Shown in pieces: positions 1-12,439 of a stretch of 64,000 nt of DNA. The stretch is taken from assembly GCA_002269645.1 (NCBI GenBank), contig NIVC01000244.1, positions 142,484-206,483 on the forward strand, written 5' to 3'. Every line of letters starts with the position of its first letter. The stretch's first letter is position 1. The DNA comes from Macrostomum lignano (Eukaryota). The notes under the pieces are model-generated. The model was not told the DNA's origin, made no database searches, and saw nothing but the letters and a program-made list of their open reading frames with translations. A program made the position numbers and the translations under genes.

Positions 1-1263
1 CATGGATACAGCATAGCAACGGTATCTTAATCCAAGTGTGTGACCATGGATACAGCATAGCAACGGTAGCTTTATCCAAGTGTGTGACCATGGATACAGC
101 ATAGCAACGGTAGCTTTATCCAAGTGTGTGACCATGACTACAGCATAGCAACGGTAGTAGCTTTATACAAGTGTGTGACCATGATACAGCATAGCAACGG
201 TAGCTTTATCCAAGTGTGTGACCATGACTACAGCATAGCAACGGTAGTAGCTTTATACAAGTGTGTGACCATGATACAGCATAGCAACGGTAGCTTTATC
301 CAAGTGTGTGACCATGATACAGCATAGCAACGGTAGCTTTATCCAAGTGTGTGACCATGACTACAGCATAGCAACGGTAGTAGCTTTATACAAGTGTGTG
401 ACCATGATACAGCATAGCAACGGTAGCTTTATCCAAGTGTGTGACCATGACTACAGCATAGCAACGGTAGTAGCTTTATACAAGTGTGTGACCATGATAC
501 AGCATAGCAACGGTAGTAGCTTTATACAAGTGTGTGACCATGATACAGCATAGCAACGGTAGCTTTATCCAAGTGTGTGACCATGACTACAGCATAGCAA
601 CGGTAGCTTAATCCAAGTGTGTGACCATGACTACAGCATAGCAACGGTAGTAGCTTTATACAAGTGTGTGACCATGATACAGCATAGCAACGGTAGCTTT
701 ATCCAAGTGTGTGACCATGACTACAGCATAGCAACGGTAGCTTTATCCAAGTGTGTGACCATGGATACAGCATAGCAACGGTAGTAGCTTTATACAAGTG
801 TGTGACCATGATACAGCATAGCAACGGTAGCTTTATCCAAGTGTGTGACCATGACTACAGCATAGCAACGGTAGCTTTATCCAATTGTGTGACCATGGAT
901 ACAGCATAGCAACGGTAGCTTTATCCAAGTGTGTGACCATGACTACAGCATAGCAACGGTAGTAGCTTTATACAAGTGTGTGACCATGATACAGCATAGC
1001 AACGGTAGCTTTATCCAAGTGTGTGACCATGGATACAGCATAGCAACGGTAGCTTTATCCAAGTGTGTGACCATGACTACAGCATAGCAACGGTAGTAGC
1101 TTTATACAAGTGTGTGACCATGATACAGCATAGCAACGGTAGCTTTATCCAAGTGTGTGACCATGACTACAGCATAGCAACGGTAGTAGCTTTATACAAG
1201 TGTGTGACCATGATACAGCATAGCAACGGTAGCTTTATCCAATTGTGTGACCATGGATACAGC
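1..1263. repeat. Minisatellite, 43/44/47-bp units with a frequent 90-bp (47+43) dimer
   Basis: Unit catg(g)atacagcatagcaacggtag(tag)ctttat(c/a)caagtgtgtgac runs from the window start to ~1263; the ORF track shows a 30-aa (90-bp) period. Confidence 0.95.
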
Positions 1264-2095
1264 CTAGGTGCGGTGCAACTACACTAACCGATTAGTTGAA
1301 CTCACCCGCTAGCAATGCACATTTTATAATACTCAAGCTCTAATAACTGATTCTGCTTTAGCTAAAATGCTGCGGCTGCGGATTAGCTAATCTCATTACA
1401 CGGCTTATTGATTTTCTGTTTGCTCTCTCTTATTCTTTTCAGAGGCTATCATCGCTGTCGAGACGGTCTTGAGTGAAAGCTAGTCAGTTAGTGCTTTAGC
1501 AGCTTTTCATTTATATTTTTTTGTTAATCTCGTGTGCCATCTTTAAACTTGCAATATCGGTGTCCGATTGAAGAGCTTGGAAGCTGGATTGAGCTTTAAA
1601 AGATTCCTCCATCTACCCTGCCCCACCCAGCTTTACAAGTTAGCAGGTTATTTTTCCACTGTCTCCGCTTCTGTGGCTGCCGCATGTTTACTACTAATAA
1701 TAATAAAACTCGCGTTTTGCGTTGGCAATTGACATTGGCTAATATAAGATATATTAGTAGCACCACGAGATCCCTTCGCTTCTTGATATTTTAGTATAGA
1801 TGAAATTCTGAAATTGAGTACGTGTTTTTCGTGGAAAATTGCATCATTTTTCACCCAATTTTTGGTGCGCTTACGTTGCCTCATTCGTGTGCCTGCACAG
1901 AAAATGAGGCTACAAGAGGAAACCCGACATTAATTAGCGACAGAATCTTTGCAAAAATTTTTATGTCAATTTTTAATTGGCATACTCTACTCATAGTGGC
2001 AGTTAACGCATGTTGGCATGCAAAAATTTCCAATGGCTTGTTTTTTTAAGCAGCTAAGCCAAGTGACAGCCCAATCCCGACTTGCCAACTCGCAG

Positions 2096-5000
2096 GAGGT
2101 CGGCGCTTTCGATTCACGCCGACAAGCCACAGACGCTCTGCCCCCCACCCCCGCCGCGGCGACACCGCTGACTGAGGCACCGCCAACACCGCCTCCGCGA
2201 GCGCCTCCACCTTCGACATCTTCGGCCACTATTGGCGATGCAGTCGCCGCCGCCGCTGCAGCAGCCGCAGCCGCCGCCGCAACGGCCGCCGCAGTGTGCA
2301 ACGCCAAGGAGGAGTGCGGAAAGAGGCGGTCCTGCTCGCTGGATGAACTGCTGCTTGAGGACCGGGCGAATAATAGAGAGTAAGATTTCCTTGTGCTGCT
2401 TGCCTCTGCTCAGTGTTTCAGTGCCGTCCGAACCGGTTTTCAGATGTTCTTCCCAGCCATTTCGTGGGTATCTCTAATCGGTATTTGGGTATCCCCAACC
2501 GGTATTTGGGTATCCCCAACCGGTATTTAGGTATCCCCAACCGGTAATTGGGTATCCCCAACCGGTATTTAGGTATCCCCAACCGGTAATTGGGTATCCC
2601 CAACCGGTATTTGGGTATCCCCAACCGGTATTTAGGTATCCCCAACCGGTAATTGGGTATCCCCAACCGGTATTTAGGTATCCCCAACCGGTAATTGGGT
2701 ATCCCCAACCGGTATTTGGGTATCCCCAACCGGTATTTGGGTATCCCCAACCGGTATTTGGGTATCCCCAACCGGTAATTGGGTATCCCCAACCGGTATT
2801 TGGGTATCCCCAACCGGTATTTGGGTATCCCCAACCGGTATTTGGGTATCCCCAACCGGTATTTGGGTATCCCCAACCGGTATTTGGGTATCCCCAACCG
2901 GTATTTGGGTATCCCCAACCGGTATTTGGGTATCCCCAACCGGTAATTGGGTATCCCCAACCGGTATTTGGGTATCCCCAACCGGTATTTGGGTATCCCC
3001 AACCGGTATTTGGGTATCCCCAACCGGTATTTGGGTATCCCCAATCGGTATTTGGGTATCCCAAACCGGTATTTGGGTATCCCTAACCGGTATTTAGGTA
3101 TCCTTAAACGTATTTGAGTATCCCCAACAGATATCTTCCCCAACCGGTATTTTGCTATTCGGCCATGATTCCCAATCAATGGCTAATTAACCCCGCAGCA
3201 GCGCGGCCAGCCCCCCGTCAGGTTGCGGCAGCGTAGTGCAGCTGCGCACCCATCGACCAGCCAGGCGTCGTTCAGCCATCGAGGCAGTCGTCGCTGCCGA
3301 TGTTAACAGCGACTGCGGTGCCAGTTCTACTACGGCGGCTACTTCGTCGGAAACAGCAGGTGCAGCCTTGGAACCCCCGTCGGTGGTCCTAGGTTCGAGT
3401 CTCAATTTTCGTTTCATTTATTTGATTGTATTTTACTCTTCCCTGGAAACTCCCGTCGGTGGTCCTAGGTTCGAGTCCCAATTTTCGTTTCATTTATTTG
3501 ATTGTATTTTACTCTTCCCTGGAAACTCCCGTCGGTGGTCCTAGGTTCGAGTCCCCAAGTTTAATTTAATTATTTTTGTGTTTTTAAACTTGCTTTACAA
3601 CTAGGCAAGTGAATATTAAGCTGGAGTGGGCCAGTGCTGCAAGTTAAGCAGAGTTGGCTGTGGTTAGTATGCTCGGGTCCCCCTACGCCTGCAGGGAGCC
3701 ACAGTGATAGAATGGAAAACTGATCTGAGCTCCAGTCCCCCTGCTGCGATAGGGCGGCAGCGCTTGAGCAGCAGTGAATGGCCAGAGCCTACTATCTTAC
3801 TACTCAACTGATAGTAGCCAGTAGCGAACATCTTTCTGTTGCAATTATTTTACAGCAGCCCCGTTCAGCAGCGCCAGCCGTCCCCAGCAGCAGCAGCAGA
3901 AGCTGTACTACAGCGTGAACAACAACGTTGGTTACGACTCCTCGTCCTCCCGCTCGTCCTCCTCATCCGCCGCTGCTTCTCTGTCCGGCGGCTCCAGCGA
4001 CAACAATGGCAGTGACCATAATAAAGCCGCATCGGCCGATTATGAGAACACGGCCGGTGTGCTCAGGGCGGCTGCTCAGAGCGGATTGCACTGCTTCGAT
4101 CATCTCAATCGGCAGGCTCTGGTGCTGATGGAGCATCGGGCGGAGGCTGTGCCGGTGCCGCTGCCGCCAATTCTGCCACCTACTGTGCCGCTGCCATCCG
4201 GTCTGCCTAGAGAGCAGCGGCAGCACCATCAGCATCCTCCCCAGACTCCTCAGCCTTCGACTCAGTTAAATGCTCAGCCGCCGCAGTCTGGCGGCAAACG
4301 AGGCTTCTTGCGCGGCCTGTTCAAGTGAGCTGATGGCTTATTGATAATTGATTTTTCATATCGACATCTATGATATCCGATCAAAACTCTCCCATGCCTA
4401 ATAACTCCGTTAGGTACCGTTTTAGATGTGTCTTCAGGGATGTGTCTTTAGGGATATTCTTCAAGAATGTGTCTTTCGGATGTGTCTTCAGGGATGTGTC
4501 TTCAGGGATGTGTTTTCGGGATTTGTCTTAAAGGATGTGGCTTCGGGGGTGTCTTTAGAAATGTCTTTAGAAATTTGTCCTCAAGAGTGTCTTCAATTCT
4601 GTGTCTTCAGAGATGTGTCTTCTCAGAAATGGGTCCTCACGGATGGTGTCTTTAAGGATCTTCCGTCTGGTGATGTTTCCAGTTCCGCGTGCCTCAGTCT
4701 TACTGATACCTTTGCTATATCTACCAATTCCCCACTATATTCTCAGACTTCGTCGGCCCGGTCGGTCAAAGTCGCAGCACCAGCACCAGCTGCAGCAGCA
4801 GCAGCTGACGCAGCAGCACCGCAACCAGGGCGGCAGTCCGCGCCCGCTGGCCATCAAGCTGGACAGCTCGGAGCCGCCGTCCAATTCTGGCGGCCTCAGG
4901 CCCGATTCGGGCCACGCCTGGCTTGTCTCCTCCCCGCCGCCGCTGTCCCCGCCGCCTCCGCAACCGCCGCCGCCGCCTCCGCCGCCTACGCAGCCGCCGC

Positions 5001-5215
5001 CGCTGCCACCTCCGCCGCCGACTCCGCCGCCGTTGCCACCGCCGCCGCCGGCGCGCTACAGTCCGCACAGCACGCAGGCGGGGGCTGGCGCGGCCGGTGC
5101 TGCAGCAGCTGCTGGCAGTGCTGGTGGCGCCCCCTCTGTCAGCGCTGTGGTTGGCGAAGAGCTCTACGCCACCGTCATCAAGAATCGGAAACTGCAGCCA
5201 GTTGGCGATTCCTAA
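2096..5215 (+). CDS. 3' part of a multi-exon gene: low-complexity Pro/Ser/Ala/Gln-rich protein, possible signalling adaptor; 5' exons not resolved
   Basis: Exons 2096-2379, 3199-3359, 3856-4324, 4747-5215(TAA). All introns are GT..AG and phases (2,1,2) join in frame: EVGAFDSRR...KRRSCSLDELL...RGFLRGLFK|LRRPGRSK...EELYATVIKNRKLQPVGDS*. No domain recognised. Confidence 0.7.
2474..3150. repeat. Intronic 21-bp minisatellite (cggtatttgggtatccccaac)n
   Basis: About 30 near-identical units inside intron 2380-3198; source of the spurious LGIPKYR/WGYPNTG ORFs. Confidence 0.95.
3372..3557. repeat. 76-bp tandem repeat x2.4 containing a tRNA-type B box (GGTTCGAGTC)
   Basis: cgtcggtggtcctaggttcgagtc recurs at 3378, 3454 and 3530. 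Confidence 0.85.
4425..4680. repeat. Degenerate ~14-bp intronic repeat (gatgtgtcttcagg)
   Basis: Decaying units inside intron 4325-4746. Confidence 0.7.
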
Positions 5216-5273
5216 TAATTCTTTTAATAATGTGCTTTTGACTGCAGCTGCACCTCTGCTGGCTTGAATCGCC

Positions 5274-5410
5274 TGTCTCCCAGATCCTCAGTTGCTGGGC
5301 CAGCCTTCCAGATCCTCAGTTGCTGGGCCAGCCTCCCAGATCCTAAGTTGCTGGGCCAGCCTCCCAGATCCTCAGTTGCTGGGCCAGCCTCCCAGATCCT
5401 CAGTTGCTGC
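5274..5410 (+). repeat. 28-bp minisatellite (ctcccagatcctcagttgctgggccagc) x~4.5
   Basis: Direct repeats ~60 nt after the gene A stop; reverse complement of the 12880-13960 array. Confidence 0.9.
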
Positions 5411-5807
5411 GGTCAGAATGTGCAATCACTCTAGACTTCATTAAGATAAAAGCTTTCCAAAGTCAGTTAGTTCACACTCGACTGTCATAGGCAAAGCCGG
5501 TGCATGAAGTTTCCACCGATAACGCTGCTGTGATGTTAAAAATACTCTGGATTTTTTAAACTTGTATTCTGTGTTATTCAATCCCTGAGCTTGCTAAACT
5601 AACTTATGCGTATAGAGATGGCGTATTACTGACCTAAAGCATTCTACTACTATAAGTAGGTGCGCAGCGAATTTTGTACAGTTTATTTATCTTAGCTAAA
5701 GTCATTTCGCACGAATTATTTTTACACAGTCTGTGATCCATATTTCAATTTGTTAGAGTCAATCATGCATTGTGAATATCCTAAATGCTGTTCCTATCGT
5801 TTGCAGC

Positions 5808-5811
<4 letters not shown>

Positions 5812-5867
<56 letters not shown>
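5812..5867. repeat. (TC)n microsatellite
   Basis: Perfect dinucleotide run. Confidence 0.95.
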
Positions 5868-5868
<1 letters not shown>

Positions 5869-6013
5869 GTCCGAACTGCAAAGCTTTTCTAGTCGCTTCA
5901 GGGCTCTCAGCCTTGTTTTTTTATTATCTTTATATTTAGAATGCTTTTTACTATTCAAAATTTACTCTCATCCACTGGATCCCTTCCGCTATTGATGTGT
6001 TTTATGTAAAGTC

Positions 6014-6612
6014 GCTGATTGGCCAGCCAATTAGAGACTAGCTAGAGATATACAGGCACTGATTGGCCAGCCAATTAGAGACTAGCTAGAGATATGCAGG
6101 CACTGATTGGTCAGCCAATTAAAGACTAGCTAGAGATATGCAGGCACTGATTCACCAGCCAATGAGAGACTAGCTAGAGATATACATGTACAGGCACTGA
6201 TTGGTCAGCCAATTAGAGACTAGCTAGAGATATACATGTACAGGCACTGATTATCCAGCCAATTAGAGACTAGCTAGAGATGTACAGGCACTGATTGGCC
6301 AGCCAATTAGAGACTAGCTAGAGATGTACAGGCACTGATTGGCCAGCCAATTAGAGACTAGCTAGAGATGTACAGGCACTGATTATCCAGCCAATTAGAG
6401 ACTAGCTAGAGATATGCAGGCACTGATTGGTCAGCCAGTTAGAGACTAGCTAGAGATGTAGGCACTGATTCTCTAGCCAATTAGAGACTAGCTAAAGATA
6501 TATAGGCACTGATTGGCCAGCCAGTTAGAGACTAGCTAGAGATGTAGGCACTGATTATCCAGCCAATTAGAGACTAGCTAAAGATATATAGGCACTGATT
6601 GGCCAGCCAATC
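6014..6612. repeat. ~44-bp minisatellite with inverted CCAAT pair
   Basis: Unit gcactgattggccagccaattagagactagctagagatatacag, ~13 copies with variants. Confidence 0.92.
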
Positions 6613-7299
6613 GGAGACCCGTTGATTTCAGCGCCATATATTTTTGTTCCCTTAATTTCGTTTAGATGGGTATTTTATTTTACCCTGTCTAAATGTGTTA
6701 TTTTGTCTTGTTTGACAAAATTGTCTTGTTTTATACAATCTTTCTTTCTGCTATTTTGTCCCAGCCACATTTGTGTCGAATTGTGTGCAATCATTCATGA
6801 CATTTTGCCCCTTTACTTTCGCGAAATATTATTACCATGGAAGTAATATACAAATTAATAGAATGTAATAGTACTTAATTTCCTTAATGTAATTCTATTT
6901 TAAATTAAATCAATATCTCAGTTCCTCTTCTATTTTTTATATAACTTTGAGAACAGTGCATTGGATTTGGTGGTTATTGTGGTTGCTACGGCCAGCGTCT
7001 CACACATACGAGCATTGGGTAAGAGAAGAAAAAAAATCATATCGTTTTGTTTTAGTGCAGAATTTTTGTGTGCTTCACTGGTCAGTTTGGGCGCATGCTG
7101 TGCCAATGCGAGTAGCAAATATGCAGTGCTTAGGCGTTCCTTGCCACCTCCCCAATGCGAGGGGTGGTGAGTTCTGGCTAAGCTATGCAAGTAAAACATG
7201 CAGGATCTACACCCAAATTGAGAATGAGCAGGGGAGCATTTAGTATAGATGCATGATATGAGATTCACTGATTGCTAATGTAGTCAGACAAGTGAGTGA

Positions 7300-7966
7300 T
7301 TGACTGGGGGATTGGGGTCAGCGTGTCTGGAGTGACTACTGGGGGATTGGGGTCAGCGTGTCTGGAGTGACTACTGGGGGATTGGGGTCAGTTTGGGGTC
7401 AGCGTGTCTGGAGTGACTACTGGGAGATTGGGGTCAGCGTGTCTGGAGTGACTACTGGGGGATTGGGGTCAGCATGTCTGGAGTGACTACTGGGGGATTG
7501 GGGTCAGCATGTCTGGAGTGACTACTGGGGGATTGGGGTCAGTTTGGGTCAGCGTGTCTGGAGTGACTACTGGGGGATTGGGGTCAGCATGTCTGGAGTG
7601 ACTACTGGGGGATTGGGGTCAGTTTGGGTCAGCGTGTCTGGAGTGACTACTGGGGGATTGGGGTCAGTTTGGGGTCAGCGTGTCTGGAGTGACTACTGGG
7701 AGATTGGGGTCAGCGTGTCTGGAGTGACTACTGGGGGATTGGGGTCAGCATGTCTGGAGTGACTACTGGGGGATTGGGGTCAGTTTGGGTCAGCGTGTCT
7801 GGAGTGACTACTGGGGGATTGGGGTCAGCGTGTCTGGAGTGACTACTGGGGGATTGGGGTCAGCGTGTCTGGAGTGACTACTGGGGGATTTGGGGTCAGC
7901 GTGTCTGGAGTGACTACTGGGGGATTGGGGTCAGCGTGTCTGGAGTGACTGGGAGATTGGGGTCAG
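7300..7966. repeat. 35-bp G-rich minisatellite
   Basis: Unit tgactactgggggattggggtcagcgtgtctggag with occasional ttt(g)gggtcag insertions. Confidence 0.92.
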
Positions 7967-9271
7967 TGTGACAGGGCGGGGTGTAGTACGGCTAAGTAAA
8001 TAAGGGGTCTCATGAGGGACCAAACTGTACATGTACGAGCGTAGGAGCTAGTGAATGTGGTACTGGGGAGAGTCACTTAGATGTGAATTGGTTGATTGCA
8101 AGAGTGAAAGAATGGCGGGTGAACGAGTGCAGAGAGTGATAGTGATAAAAGATGAGATCGCTGTGAGCACACAGGCTCTCCCACACGGAGAGACGCGGGG
8201 GAGCCATAGAGGTTAGAGCTGCGGGGCCTCTGGCAACCCCCCCCCCCCCCCCCTGTGCTGAATGGGCGACAGCTTCTGCCGCGTGTATTTGCATTTAGAA
8301 GGGGATTCAAATCCCCTGCGCTTGATCCCTCAGCCGTGGCTATTTACTGTATATTGAAGCCTCTGGCTGGCCCGGGCTGTATTTAAAGCTGGACTTCCCT
8401 CCTGCAGCTGTTACCGCGGCTCCTGCAAACCCTCACGGTTGAACTGCCGCCTCAGACTGCACGCATTGCAGACGCGTTTTTTAACAGTCTGAGCGAGGCT
8501 CTGTAGTACTGCAGACTTCATTGCTGCGCACTGCTCGCTGAGAACAGCTCGAGAGGCATATCGGTTGCCATGGAGCAGCCCTCTGGTTGATGGAGCAATC
8601 GCACGGTCAGGTATATACGTGCTATTCGCGCTAAAAATGAGTGTTAATACAATTCCAATATTCACTAGTTCCATTCCCATAACGAATGTGTTTGCCGAGT
8701 AGCCCAGGGGAGTCTCCCGGTGCTCTTGCCGTTGGAGAGCAAACAATCAATTCCATAGCATGAAGATCTCACTTAAACTACCGCTAGAAGCACTTTTTCA
8801 GTATTTCCCTTTCACCTTGGAGCAGCGGCCAACCAACGGAAACGGAAAACAGTAGAAGAATTCAGAGAGAATTAAAGGGGAGAAATTATTACAGAGGAGA
8901 CCGCAATTTGATTTGGCTGCGACAGCCCTCTCTCTGCCCCGCTATCTTGGCCCAAATCGTGTGCGCTCTCTACTGTCTCGCAACTGTCAGTCTTTCGTGT
9001 GCGCGGCCAGCCATGCAGCAACCCGAAAGAGTAGAGAGAAAATCCTTTAAACTACTTTAGTTTCGGTGAGAGCCGAACGCGACCTCTGCCGCAAGTCGCA
9101 CTTCAGCGCGCGCACAGACAGAGAGGCAGAGAGAAGCGGAGAAACAAGTGGCACGCACCACGAGCGAGTAACCGTTTGGCTCTCTATAGTCCATCCATCT
9201 CAGCCGCTGCTCGCCGTGCGCTCTCTCCGTTAAGAGGCTCAGTTTGCACGCTAGCCGCAATTGCAGCCAGC

Positions 9272-9279
9272 TATAAATA
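9272..9279 (+). promoter_or_regulatory. Candidate TATA box for gene B
   Basis: TATAAATA about 120 nt upstream of the ATG at 9396; motif only. Confidence 0.3.
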
Positions 9280-9395
9280 GGCGACCCCGCGAGTGCAAAA
9301 TTACAACAGCAGCAGTTGCCCCCCCTCTCGACCCAAAGCGATATTAAAAACCCAAAAGCGCTGCAACTGCTACAGTCGATCGCGCGGTCCCCTCA

Positions 9396-12300
9396 ATGCA
9401 GACCTCACTGTGGACTGGCTCAGCTGGTCGAGGAGGCGGCGGCGGCGGTAGCGGCGGTGGCAGCGGCCGGCGGCCCTCCTCTGTGGCTGGCTCTGTGTCG
9501 GCGGCAGCTGGAGGGGCGTCCGCCGGATCTTCATCTGCAGGCGGCGGCTTCCGGTTCGCGCACAGCGAGCACAGCAAGGAGCGCCACCGGGCCGAGAACC
9601 TGTCGGCTTCCCGGTCGCTGCTGGGTGGCTCCGGTGACATTGGCGGCTCTGTGGAGCTGCACCACCCAGCGTCCGCGGCGGAGGCGCACCTGGCCGCCGG
9701 CTGTCCGCGCCTGCGGGTCCTCCGGCTGGCCGAGCCGCCACCGCCGTCGTCAAATTCGGCAACGCCGACGCCGACAACTGGCGGCCGGACTGTGACGCCG
9801 CCGTCGTTTCTGCTGACTCTGCCAAACGACATGGTCGACGGAAACCTCGCCAATTACCACGGCGACGAGGACGACGACGAGCTGCGTCAGCTGCAGCAGC
9901 TCCGGCAGCAGCGGCAGCACATCGAGGCGTCGATCCGCTCGTTGGCCGCCTCTGTCGCTTCGTCAACGCAGCAACAGCTGGCGGCAACCGGCTGCGCCGA
10001 GTCTGCCGCTGCCGAGTTGCACGTGGACTCTAGGCTGACGCCGGACTCACCGGAAGAGCAGCGACGCGTCAGGCGAAAGAAGCTGCGCCAACGGGCCCTG
10101 GTTGGCGTCTACCTTACCGCCGTGCTGCTGGCAGTCCTGGCTGTGGTCTTCCTGGCCGCCAAGGGGGTCTTTTATACGGCGGGTGAGCTGCCAGTGTCAC
10201 TCTGCCTGTCTGCCAGTGTCACTCTGCCTGTTCATGTCACTGTCCGTCTGCCAGTGTGACTCCGCCTGTCTGCCATTGTCACTCTGTAGGTCGGGCTGCC
10301 AGTGTCACTCTAACTGTCTGCCAGTGTCACTCTGTAGGTCGGACTGCCGGTGTCACTCGGACTGTCTGCCAGTGTCACTCTGTCTGTTTGTCACTCTGTC
10401 TTTCTGCCAGCGTCACTCTAACTGTCTGCCAGTGTCACTCTGTATGTCGGGCTGTTAGTGTCACTCCGTTTGTATCTCTCGACTGTCGGTCTGCCAGTGT
10501 CACTCTGTCTGCCAGTGTCACTCTGTCTACCTGTGTCACTCTGTCTACCTGTGTCACTCTGTCTACCTGTGTCACTCTGTCTGCCAGTGTCACTCTGTCT
10601 GTCTGCCAGTCACTTATTCACCTGTGTCACTCTGTCTACCTGTGTCACTCTGTCTGCCAGTGTCACTCTGTCTGTCTGCCAGTCACTTATTCACCTGTGT
10701 CACTGTCTGTCTGCCAGTCACTTATTCACCTGTGTCACTGTCTGTGTGCCTGTCACTTATTCACCTGCGTCACTGTCTGTCTGCCAGTCACTTATTCACC
10801 TGTGTCACTGTCTGTCTGCCTGTCACTTATTCACCTGTGTCTAAGGTCTGTCTGTCTGTCACTTATTCACCTGTGTCAATGTCTGTCTGTCTGTCACTTA
10901 TTCACCTGTGTCACTGTCTGTCTGCCAGTCACTTATTCACCTGTGTCACTGTCTGTCTGCCTGTCACTTATTCACCTGTGTCTAAGGTCTGTCTGTCTGT
11001 CACTTATTCACCTGTGTCAATGTCTGTCTGTCTGTCACTTATTCACCTGTGTCACTGTCTGTCTGCCAGTCACTTATTCACCTGTGTCACTGTCTGTCTG
11101 CCAGTCACTTATTCACCTGTGTCTAAGGTCTGTCTGTCAGTCACTTATTCACCTGTGTCTAAGGTCTGTCTGTCAGTCACTTATTCACCTGTGTCTAAGG
11201 TCTGTCTGCCTGTCACTTATTCACCTGTGTCTAAGGTCTGTCTGTCAGTCACTTATTCACCTGTGTCTAAGGTCTGTCTGTCTGTCACTTATTCACCTGT
11301 GTCTAAGGTCTGTCTGTCAGTCACTTATTCACCTGTGTCTAAGGTCTGTCTGTCTACACCCTTGAAGCCCTCTAAATCCCTCGAAACTGAATTTAGTTTT
11401 CCAAGCGGATTTGCAGACGTTTTCGTGGCACCAGCTCTTTAATGTACATTCAGGAAAAATTATAACGCCTTGCAATATCATTTAAAGCTTAAGTAGCTCT
11501 TTACTTTGCCCAACTTATGTAGTGGCCTCATCCTACGAGCGTATATCTTAGCTGATGTGCTGCCACTAAAGAGATAATTTAGAATTTTGTATTGCAGCTG
11601 TCACCCCAGTTAGTTACTGCTAGTGAATTTCTCAGACAGGCTCAAACCGCCTAAAACGGATGAATTATTCATTTTTATCCCCCACTTCTCCAATTATTCG
11701 ACCCGCTCGTGATGTCGCATGATATTCAGGAAAAATTGAACTCGGGGAGCACGGGGCAAATAAAGCATATAATAAACCAGAACATCCTGTGCAGCAATAT
11801 GTAAGTTATTATTTACCTGTAAAAATTATTTTCCACAGGTGTCACCAATTAATAAATATATAGGGCCACAAGGTGAGGCAATCACGCTCGTAGAACTTGC
11901 AGTGGCTTACTATAAGTAGCGAGTTTGGAATTTGTGTACTAATACGAGCGTAAACAATTTGAAATAATTGTAGACTATAGCAAATTTTGTGGTTTAAATA
12001 ACTGGATTGAATTTGGTTTTGTTCTAATGCGTTTAACTGCTCACACATCTGCGGCGACGCATGCGCTTACCTCCCCATAATTTACAACCTGAGACTGGGT
12101 GAACCCTGAAAAATACCAGCTGATCCTGGGGTAAAAGTACAAAAATGCTAGCAGCTGATCCTGGGGTAAAAGTACAAAAATGCTAGCAGCTGATCCTGGG
12201 GTAAAAGTACGAGCGTACGAAAATGCTATTGTCCTTGAGTAAAAGTACAAAAGTGCTACCCTGGGGCAAAAGTACAAAGATGCTACCCTGACGCTGATCC

Positions 12301-12439
12301 TATCTAGACCCTGGACTAAAACTACATAAATCCAAAGCAGACTCAATGATAGAAATGTAAAGAATCGTACAACTGAAGGACAAACTCTTCAATCCCATTA
12401 ATTTCAGAAGTATCCGGCAAGGAGCACCATCACGACTGA
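9396..12439 (+). CDS. Orphan single-pass membrane protein (type II / near tail-anchored), ~307 aa
   Basis: Exons 9396-10182, 11730-11800, 11839-11872, 12408-12439(TGA); donors gtgagc/gtaagt/gtgagg; 924 nt in frame. Basic stretch RRVRRKKLRQR precedes TM ALVGVYLTAVLLAVLAVVFLAA; short tail ends EVSGKEHHHD*; AATAAA near 12826. The downstream small exons are less certain than exon 1. Confidence 0.6.
10185..11355. repeat. Intronic compound minisatellite, 18-bp units grading into 33-36-bp units
   Basis: Starts at the donor of gene B exon 1; ctgccagtgtcactctg units change into tctgtctgtcagtcacttattcacctgtgtctaagg. Confidence 0.93.
12118..12290. repeat. 35-bp repeat (cagctgatcctggggtaaaagtacaaaaatgctag) x3 plus decayed copies
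   Basis: Visible direct repeats in gene B intron 3. Confidence 0.8.
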
